From a virus (lineage: Duplodnaviria; Caudoviricetes), in the IMG/VR virus record IMGVR_UViG_3300027808_000037, positions 1 to 54,109 of that record: a DNA stretch of 54,109 bases; one strand, 5' to 3'. The notes under the pieces are model-generated. The model had not been told where the DNA came from. It saw only the letters and a list, made by a program, of their open reading frames with translations, and did not search any database. Positions 1-5,491 of this stretch are shown piece after piece. The first letter of the stretch is position 1, and each line of letters begins with the position of its first letter. The position numbers were made by a program, and so were the translations under genes.

Positions 1-44
1 GCCGCCTTCGGGCACGCCTGGTTCGATCCCAGGATACTCCACCA
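1..44 (+). tRNA. 3' part of a class II tRNA (probably Tyr), truncated by the window edge
   Basis: Variable-arm hairpin GCC-TTCG-GGC, T-arm GGTTCGATCCC, ends ACCA; anticodon lies outside the window. Confidence 0.75.
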
Positions 45-51
45 AGTTTAT

Positions 52-127
52 GCGACTTTAGCTCATCGGTTAGAGCAGGGTACTCATAATGCCTTGGCGG
101 TTGGTTCAACTCCAACAAGTCGCACCA
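52..127 (+). tRNA. tRNA CAT (Met or Ile2)
   Basis: Cloverleaf, anticodon loop CT-CAT-AA, encoded CCA. Confidence 0.9.
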
Positions 128-136
128 AAATTTAAT

Positions 137-210
137 ATCTCTCTGATGTAATGGCAGCATGTCGGTCTCCAAAACCGTTCGTGGGGGTTCGAGTCCCTCG
201 GGGGATGCCA
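137..210 (+). tRNA. tRNA-Trp(CCA)
   Basis: Loop CT-CCA-AA, T-arm GGTTCGAGTCC, CCA end; U11-A24 pair and U27.U43 mismatch. Confidence 0.92.
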
Positions 211-218
211 GTCAATAA

Positions 219-310
219 GGAAGCGTGGCAGAGCCCGGTTTATTGCAACAGTCTTGAAAACTGTCGGACTTTAAAAGGTCCCGTGAGTTCGAATCTCACC
301 GCTTCCGCCA
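219..310 (+). tRNA. tRNA-Ser(TGA)
   Basis: Long variable arm, loop CT-TGA-AA, GCCA end. Confidence 0.93.
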
Positions 311-317
311 AGTTTAT

Positions 318-394
318 GCACCGGTACCAGAGCGACTAATGGCGCGGATTGCAAATCCGTTGATTCGTGGGTTTGAGTCCCACCCGGTGTTCCA
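318..394 (+). tRNA. tRNA-Cys(GCA)
   Basis: Loop TT-GCA-AA, TCCA end. Confidence 0.9.
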
Positions 395-396
395 GT

Positions 397-531
397 TTTG
401 TTTATGTGTGTACGGTTACCCTTATGTGATACGTGAGCCAACCAAGCCGCTTATGTATGTACTCGAAGCCCGTAGCAAGCGTAGTCGATACGTTCAGCGC
501 ATGCCTTGGACAGTGTGTGACGATAAACAAA
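397..531 (+). ncRNA. Candidate structured ncRNA A in the tRNA array
   Basis: Closing helix TTTGTTTAT/ATAAACAAA, internal CCAAG/CTTGG pairing; no credible ORF. Confidence 0.5.
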
Positions 532-539
532 TTCAATAT

Positions 540-629
540 AGTGAGTTGACAGAGTTCGGCTAAATGTACCTCCCTGCTAAGGAGTGTGTCGGAAACGGCA
601 CGTGGGTTCGAATCCCACACTCACTGCCA
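540..629 (+). tRNA. tRNA-Ser(GCT)
   Basis: Long variable arm, loop CT-GCT-AA, GCCA end. Confidence 0.9.
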
Positions 630-653
630 ATTTTTATTTTAGACTTATTAGGT

Positions 654-726
654 GTGACCTTAGTGTAGCGGCAGCACCCCAGATTGTGATTCTGTTAGTA
701 CGGGTTCGACCCCCGTAGGTCACCCC
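654..726 (+). tRNA. tRNA-His(GTG)
   Basis: Loop TT-GTG-AT, T-arm GGTTCGACCCC; no encoded CCA; flanked by a 10-bp inverted repeat. Confidence 0.88.
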
Positions 727-738
727 TAATAAGTTTTT

Positions 739-814
739 GTTCCTTTAGCTGATGTGGTCATAGCAGCGGTCTGAAAAGCCGATGAAGCAGGTTCGATCCC
801 TGCAGGGAGCACCA
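739..814 (+). tRNA. tRNA-Phe(GAA)
   Basis: Loop CT-GAA-AA, ACCA end. Confidence 0.92.
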
Positions 815-821
815 AGTATAT

Positions 822-895
822 TCCTCTGTAGTTAAATGGTATAACAGTCGACCGATAATCGACTATCACAAGTTCGATTCTTGTTGGAGGAACCA
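822..895 (+). tRNA. tRNA-Ile(GAT)
   Basis: Loop CC-GAT-AA (C instead of the usual U33), ACCA end. Confidence 0.88.
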
Positions 896-898
896 AGT

Positions 899-1117
899 TT
901 TGTTAAAGTGTCAGCAAGAGAAAGTCACGCTATAAAGGTTTCTTCGAAGGACTGATATAGTAGAAGGTAATGGGTTCAACTCCCAACCACTCGCAAGGGT
1001 GGTGTCTGTAACGGAGACTACGCTGGACCGGTATCCCAAGTGACGTACCGAGTCCCGCTCGAGCTTGTTAATTCGGGTGAATGGTGCTTATAATTATGGT
1101 AGCACTACTTTAACAAA
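899..1117 (+). ncRNA. Candidate ~220-nt multi-helix ncRNA B
   Basis: 11-bp closing helix TTTGTTAAAGT/ACTTTAACAAA, AGCAAG/CTTGTT and GTCAC/GTGAC helices, a GCAA tetraloop hairpin and a T-loop-like GGGTTCAACTCCC. Confidence 0.65.
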
Positions 1118-1125
1118 TTCAATCA

Positions 1126-1200
1126 GCGTCTGTAGTATAATGGAGAATACACTGGTCTACGAAGCCGGGGATTGTGGTTCGATTCCATACAGACGCACCA
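1126..1200 (+). tRNA. tRNA-Arg(ACG)
   Basis: Loop CT-ACG-AA, ACCA end. Confidence 0.92.
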
Positions 1201-1208
1201 ATTTTTAT

Positions 1209-1284
1209 CACTGTGTTAAGCGGGGCTGTATACACCCTTGCCAATAGTCGGGAATGTCAACATCGGCGTTGACCACAGTGGCCA
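1209..1284 (+). ncRNA. tRNA-like RNA with acceptor stem and CCA but non-canonical arms
   Basis: CACTGTG/CACAGTG stem followed by G-CCA, 76 nt; GTCAAC/GTTGAC hairpin in the T-arm position without a TTC loop. Confidence 0.6.
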
Positions 1285-1291
1285 ATTTTAT

Positions 1292-1367
1292 CTCGCATTC
1301 GGTTAGTGGCTATACCACTCCGTTTGGGGCGGAGACATCGTAGGTTCGAGTCCTACATGCGAGACCA
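1292..1367 (+). tRNA. tRNA-Pro(TGG)
   Basis: Loop TT-TGG-GG, ACCA end. Confidence 0.9.
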
Positions 1368-1376
1368 ATTTTTTAT

Positions 1377-1450
1377 GCCTTGGTAGTTTAATGGTAGAAC
1401 TGCGGTGTTACATACCGCTGACGGGAGTTCGATTCTCCAACAAGGTACCA
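1377..1450 (+). tRNA. tRNA-Val(TAC)
   Basis: Loop GT-TAC-AT, ACCA end. Confidence 0.87.
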
Positions 1451-1457
1451 CTTTAAT

Positions 1458-1535
1458 CTGTGTGTAATGTCAATCTGGTAGACGGCCTTGTTTGGAACGA
1501 GGAGGCTGTAGGTTCAAATCCTACCATGCAGACCA
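1458..1535 (+). tRNA. tRNA-Pro(TGG), second divergent copy
   Basis: Loop TT-TGG-AA, ACCA end. Confidence 0.88.
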
Positions 1536-1543
1536 ATTTTTGT

Positions 1544-1617
1544 TCGGGTGTTATGTAATGGTAGCATATCAGACTTTGACTCTGAGAGTGTAGGTTCGAT
1601 CCCTACCACCCGTACCA
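1544..1617 (+). tRNA. tRNA-Gln(TTG)
   Basis: Loop CT-TTG-AC, ACCA end. Confidence 0.9.
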
Positions 1618-1618
1618 G

Positions 1619-2431
1619 TTAAGATTTAAACTTAATTAATTTTTCGTGCAATAATTTTGCAGCAAGTATATTTGAGTCAATTCCGGGGTGCCGACAATCT
1701 CTGGCAAGATCTCGAATTGGTAATAACATCATGGGAAAATTTGGATATTTTAGATTTTGCTCATCCCACATTTTATTAAAATGTGTAGCATGTATCACAG
1801 GGATATCAGTATACAGTGAGTTAGTTATCATTCTATTAAACATTGCAGAAATTGCTCCTGACTTAGATTTACCAAATATCTCGTCGAGTACTTCTATAGA
1901 AACGTCATTTGAAAATCCAAAGTTATTCCAAGGTCCGTTGAATTGTATATTATAATTTTTGTCTACAGAAAATGGTCTATTAGAATCGGCCCAGAGATGA
2001 ATTACTGCCCGGGGCCTAATATTATTATTTTTTAATATCATCATATTGTAAAGACTAATTTGTTGGCAACTGGCCACCACACCCAGATTAACTACATTGC
2101 AACCTGTAAGTTCTTTAAGTCTGGAAGAGATCGTATCAGCATCATCAACACCAACACCAAAGGCGTTACTGCACCCAAACATTACAATAGAATTAGACCA
2201 ATCTATGTTTTCAAAAGGCTCGCAACGATAATACTGTCCATTGAGCGTGTATTGAATAGATTTGGTTCTGTAAATCCAAGTGTCGTGCAGCCTAGCAAGA
2301 TTAATTTTGAAATTTGATTCAGAATCTGCTGCCACAAAGGGCGAATCCATTGGGTGAAAATTATCAACATACACTTGTGACGAGCTTGTGTCAAAATTGA
2401 TAAGTTGTCTTTGTAATGTGTCAGAGTGCAT
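1619..2431 (-). CDS. SGNH/GDSL-hydrolase-like protein inserted antisense in the tRNA array
   Basis: FGCSNAFG block, NLG block, C-terminal DxxHPG. Confidence 0.6.
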   Translation of the reverse strand: MHSDTLQRQLINFDTSSSQVYVDNFHPMDSPFVAADSESNFKINLARLHDTWIYRTKSIQYTLNGQYYRCEPFENIDWSNSIVMFGCSNAFGVGVDDADTISSRLKELTGCNVVNLGVVASCQQISLYNMMILKNNNIRPRAVIHLWADSNRPFSVDKNYNIQFNGPWNNFGFSNDVSIEVLDEIFGKSKSGAISAMFNRMITNSLYTDIPVIHATHFNKMWDEQNLKYPNFPMMLLPIRDLARDCRHPGIDSNILAAKLLHEKLIKFKS

Positions 2432-2445
2432 ACCCTATTTATTAT

Positions 2446-2537
2446 GCCAGCGAGACTTGGAAGTCAGAGAGGTCTTATATACCTTTTAGCGCCAGATTAG
2501 CGTTCTTGAGAGAGTTCGATCCTCTCCGCTGGTACCA
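2446..2537 (+). tRNA. Atypical tRNA with TAT anticodon (Ile by anticodon) and a long variable arm
   Basis: 7-bp acceptor stem, 4-nt D-loop, extended anticodon stem, loop CT-TAT-AT, V-arm AGCGC/GCGTT, ACCA end. Confidence 0.75.
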
Positions 2538-2541
2538 TTAT

Positions 2542-2619
2542 GCCCCGATAGCCCAATTGGTATGAGGCGTCTCTCTCAAAAGGAGAATCGTGTCGGTTCG
2601 AGTCCGACTCGGGGTACCA
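2542..2619 (+). tRNA. tRNA-Leu(CAA) with a short variable loop
   Basis: Loop CT-CAA-AA, 5-nt variable region, ACCA end. Confidence 0.8.
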
Positions 2620-2658
2620 TTGAATTTATAGTACTAACGTATTAGCGTACTAAAGTAT

Positions 2659-2666
2659 TATAAATA
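2659..2666 (+). promoter_or_regulatory. T4-type late promoter TATAAATA
   Basis: Exact T4 late consensus 4 nt before the ATG at 2671. Confidence 0.6.
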
Positions 2667-2670
2667 TACG

Positions 2671-3312
2671 ATGTATAAAATCATCGAAAATAACAGTCCG
2701 TACTACATAAAGTTCAAAATGCCAAATGCAATTGAGATTGCTAATGTATGTAGAGCCAGGTGTGATCGTGTTTTTAAAAGATTCTTTGTGTCTGAACCGT
2801 TGCAACGCATTGAAGTGGAAAGTATAATTGAATTATTTCCAAGTTTTAATCAATTGCAGTTATTAGATTCCCGCGTAAATATCTTTGTTAGTGAGCCGGG
2901 ACTATACTCGCCACCACATAAAGATGGCGCAGATATGCAATTTGGTATCAATATACCAATTGAAATTGCCGACGACGAATGTATTACAAATTGGTATTCA
3001 GATGAAAGTTTAAGCAATTATGAATACTATGCTGGAGTGGATAATTTATTAGGTATGAAACGATATGTTCGCCAGATACAAAATTATCAGGTTGACGCAT
3101 GCTCGCCAATCGCTTCAACTACAATGAAACCAGATGAATGTATGCTGTTCAATGTAAATTGCTTTCATGATTGGGACAATCGACGGTCTACTAACCGTCG
3201 AATTATACTAACTCTCCGACCGACACCGGGCATTGGAAACTTGTCGTTTAACGATGTCGCTCAGATATTGTTTGGAAAATCAAACAAATTAGATTCGACG
3301 GCCGTCACGTGA
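2671..3312 (+). CDS. 2OG-Fe(II) oxygenase-like (DSBH) protein
   Basis: PHKD ... FHDW ... RRIILTLR (HxD...H...R pattern). Confidence 0.6.
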   Translation: MYKIIENNSPYYIKFKMPNAIEIANVCRARCDRVFKRFFVSEPLQRIEVESIIELFPSFNQLQLLDSRVNIFVSEPGLYSPPHKDGADMQFGINIPIEIADDECITNWYSDESLSNYEYYAGVDNLLGMKRYVRQIQNYQVDACSPIASTTMKPDECMLFNVNCFHDWDNRRSTNRRIILTLRPTPGIGNLSFNDVAQILFGKSNKLDSTAVT

Positions 3313-3630
3313 TCGTTGTTGCGCAATCATAACACGTTTTGGAACTACACTAGCGATTTCTTCGTAGTCGTCCATATCAATAGCATCTTGATCGGCACCT
3401 ACTTCGATAATCTTCTCTACAACAAAATGTAGAATATCATCACTTACAACATCTTCTCGAATCATTTCTAATACACGAATAAGTGTTGGAATGTTAAATG
3501 ATACGCATGGCTGTGTTGATTCGGTGGCATCGTCATCTGTTTCAACTTCAACTTCGTTGTTGGTAGTGTCAGACTGATAAAGTCCATTGCGACCTCTGAC
3601 CATTGACTGACGTGATTTGTAATATGACAT
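3289..3630 (-). CDS. Hypothetical protein
   Basis: AGGAGA RBS before the ATG at 3630; acidic ORF. Confidence 0.7.
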   Translation of the reverse strand: MSYYKSRQSMVRGRNGLYQSDTTNNEVEVETDDDATESTQPCVSFNIPTLIRVLEMIREDVVSDDILHFVVEKIIEVGADQDAIDMDDYEEIASVVPKRVMIAQQRSRDGRRI

Positions 3631-3730
3631 AATGTGTCTCCTTGTATTATTAGACACACTTACTTAAAATGAAACTTTAGATATCGGCTACGGCTTTTGC
3701 AGTAGCATCAACTTCATGTTGACAACATGG

Positions 3731-3759
3731 TTGACAACAGTCAAGAATGGCTGTATAAT
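3731..3759 (+). promoter_or_regulatory. Sigma70-type promoter for the second tRNA block
   Basis: TTGACA-N17-TATAAT. Confidence 0.85.
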
Positions 3760-3786
3760 TAGAACTTAAACAAAAGAGGTAATGAC

Positions 3787-3810
3787 ATGAAACGTACAGG
3801 TAAACTGTAG
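3787..3810 (+). CDS. Putative 7-aa leader peptide MKRTGKL ending in TAG
   Basis: GAGGT RBS; the TAG overlaps the base of hairpin 3810-3845. Confidence 0.5.
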   Translation: MKRTGKL

Positions 3811-3871
3811 TGTCCCTTAGATCCCCGTATGGTCTAAGGTGGCACGTAAAAGACAAAGTCAATACGAACAC

Positions 3872-3946
3872 CCATGCTAAACTTTAGTGGTGAAGTACCC
3901 GGCTCTTAACCGGAATAACCGAGTTCGATTCTCGGAGCATGGACCA
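3872..3946 (+). tRNA. tRNA-Lys(CTT)
   Basis: Loop CT-CTT-AA, ACCA end. Confidence 0.9.
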
Positions 3947-3948
3947 TA

Positions 3949-4023
3949 CGGGGTATAATTCAATGGTTAGAATAGCCGGCTTTTAACCGGTCTATCACGG
4001 TTCGAGTCCGTGTGCCCCGACCA
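3949..4023 (+). tRNA. tRNA-Lys(TTT)
   Basis: Loop CT-TTT-AA, ACCA end. Confidence 0.92.
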
Positions 4024-4105
4024 TATCTAAACACATTACCCACTGATAGCGGCGTACCCGTGAGTCTTTGGGAGTCTTGCAAGCTAGTGTGTTTAGATAT
4101 GGTCG
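4018..4105 (+). ncRNA. Candidate ncRNA C, an 18-bp perfect helix enclosing a ~50-nt domain
   Basis: CGACCATATCTAAACACA / TGTGTTTAGATATGGTCG. Confidence 0.55.
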
Positions 4106-4151
4106 ATGCTATCTGCAGATAGCATTCATAATCGGAAGTAATTACTCCGAT

Positions 4152-4229
4152 GAACTCGTAGTCTTCTAATGGTAGGAAAGGCCCGTTATGGGGCTTAATG
4201 CAGGTTCGAATCCTGCCTACAATGAGTTT
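4152..4229 (+). ncRNA. tRNA-like RNA with an 8-nt anticodon loop and bulged acceptor stem
   Basis: Canonical D arm and T arm (GCAGG-TTCGAAT-CCTGC); loop CGTTATGG; no CCA. Confidence 0.6.
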
Positions 4230-4360
4230 GCATATTGAAGTATATTCATCATTGGTAGTAGACTTCGATCAACTTGGTTAATAGTTGAGTCTCATTATGA
4301 AGCAGCCTAACCAGCGCGATGAAAAGACCCTTTACGTCGAGAGTATATTTCAATATGTAA
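4228..4360 (+). ncRNA. Candidate ncRNA D with a pseudoknot
   Basis: 20-bp closing helix with three G.U pairs; loop TGGTTA of the TCAACT/AGTTGA hairpin is complementary to TAACCA at 4308-4313. Confidence 0.65.
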
Positions 4361-4431
4361 TAGCTTGCAAGGTCGCTCCTTGCCGCAAACGGCAGCGTCA
4401 GTCGTGACATCCCGGGAGAGACCGGGGCCAT

Positions 4432-4506
4432 GGTAACGTAGCATTAAGGCAATGCGCCACCTTCATACGGTGTCAAAAGTGAGTTCGATTCTCACCGTTA
4501 CCACCA
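4432..4506 (+). tRNA. tRNA-Met(CAT)
   Basis: Loop TT-CAT-AC, ACCA end. Confidence 0.9.
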
Positions 4507-4514
4507 GTTTTTAT

Positions 4515-4590
4515 TCCATCTTAGTATTCTCGGTGAGTGCCCCTGGCTGTTAACCAGGTGAGGTTGGTTCGAATCCAACAGATGGAGCCA
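4515..4590 (+). tRNA. tRNA-Asn(GTT)
   Basis: Loop CT-GTT-AA, GCCA end. Confidence 0.92.
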
Positions 4591-4596
4591 GTATTT

Positions 4597-4671
4597 CGGT
4601 CCTTGGTGAAATGGATATCATCTCTGTCTTCGAAACAGAGGGTAGAGGTTCGATTCCTCTAGGACCGGCCA
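4597..4671 (+). tRNA. tRNA-Arg(TCG)
   Basis: Loop CT-TCG-AA, GCCA end. Confidence 0.9.
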
Positions 4672-4677
4672 AGTTAT

Positions 4678-4772
4678 GGGAAGTAATGCAGGGGTGTTGG
4701 TACCCCGACCAGCCTTGAAAACTGGGTCCTGGTGATGAGCCGGGTGGGGTTCGACTCCTCTGCTTCCCGCCA
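4678..4772 (+). tRNA. Atypical 8/4-fold tRNA-Ser(TGA) with a Sec-like D arm
   Basis: 8-bp acceptor GGGAAGTA/TGCTTCCC, 4-bp T stem, 6-bp D stem with 4-nt loop, long V arm, GCCA end. Confidence 0.8.
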
Positions 4773-4777
4773 AGTTT

Positions 4778-4858
4778 TGTGTGTTTCGTATAAATGTTAG
4801 GGCGCCATTACATGAGGCTAATGACCTCCGGATACAGGTTCGAATCCTGTAACACACA
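4778..4858 (+). ncRNA. Degenerate tRNA-like element
   Basis: TGTGTGTT/AACACACA acceptor stem and perfect T arm ACAGG-TTCGAAT-CCTGT; D and anticodon arms not canonical; no CCA. Confidence 0.5.
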
Positions 4859-4864
4859 TTCAAA

Positions 4865-5011
4865 TTTCGAGATAGACGTAGAAGTTGAGTCCCCGATGCG
4901 CTAGGGCCCTGTTCTTGTGCCTGACACACCAGTAGCAACATCGGGTAGTTTAAACTCCTTTATACGAGACAAGCCTGTGAGTCCTTGAGAAAGATAGCGG
5001 GTCTCTTGAAA
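4865..5011 (+). ncRNA. Candidate structured ncRNA E at the end of the array
   Basis: TTTCGAGA/TCTTGAAA closing helix, CCCGATG/CATCGGG helix, possible CTTGT/ACAAG pseudoknot. Confidence 0.5.
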
Positions 5012-5013
5012 AC

Positions 5014-5367
5014 CTATTGTACCTTGCCCCAGTTAGACTTTGCACGAACAGCAAAGGCAAGTTCATGCATCTTACTATATTGGGGCGTACCTTTTGGGTG
5101 CGGCCCTGTTTTTTTGAGTGCGTTATACTGTGCTAGCAATTCTTCTTTAGTTTTGCCTTCATACTTGCCGCGTTCATTGGGGTTAACCTGAGTAGCAGTG
5201 TCCCAACCTTCTTCAATATCCTTGGCAATGGCTTTTCGTCTGCGTGATAGATATTGGTCAGACTTGTCACTGTCGCCATCATTGTCAACATCACTATCTT
5301 CTTTGCCAACTGGATCAAGTGCTTCGTTAATGATGTCGATGTATTTTCTAAGTAAGTTACCGCTCAT
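5014..5367 (-). CDS. Hypothetical, possibly a virion internal protein, with a DxDNDGD Ca-binding-like loop
   Basis: AGGAG RBS; DPVGKEDSDVDNDGDSDKSD motif. Confidence 0.65.
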   Translation of the reverse strand: MSGNLLRKYIDIINEALDPVGKEDSDVDNDGDSDKSDQYLSRRRKAIAKDIEEGWDTATQVNPNERGKYEGKTKEELLAQYNALKKTGPHPKGTPQYSKMHELAFAVRAKSNWGKVQ

Positions 5368-5441
5368 AGTATATTCTCCTAACAATATTTAGAATAAAAT
5401 ATACAACAGCGCATTGTACTTTAGTACTAATCTTAAATTGG

Positions 5442-5470
5442 TTGACACCCATTCGAAATAGTGTTACAAT
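5442..5470 (+). promoter_or_regulatory. Sigma70-type promoter
   Basis: TTGACA-N17-TACAAT. Confidence 0.75.
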
Positions 5471-5491
5471 AGCATAAACAGGAGAACCAAT

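Noticed and set aside
899-1117. RNase P RNA, tmRNA or group I intron
   Set aside because: GAGAAAGTC loosely resembles RNase P CR-I, but I found no matching CR-V, no tag ORF or CCA end, and no convincing P7 core
151-1247. Short ORFs over the tRNA array (151-339, 339-563, 402-620, 1065-1247; also 4249-4431, 4618-4941, 9073-9264)
   Set aside because: They overlap tRNAs or structured RNAs and lack an RBS or protein-like features
2542-2619. Reading this tRNA as a UCA opal suppressor (CTCTCAAA)
   Set aside because: Only the TCTCT/GGAGA stem pairs, which centres CAA in the loop
4024-4430. Hammerhead, twister or theta (HDV-like) ribozymes after tRNAs
   Set aside because: I could not find the catalytic core consensus of any of these classes by eye; a covariance-model search is needed
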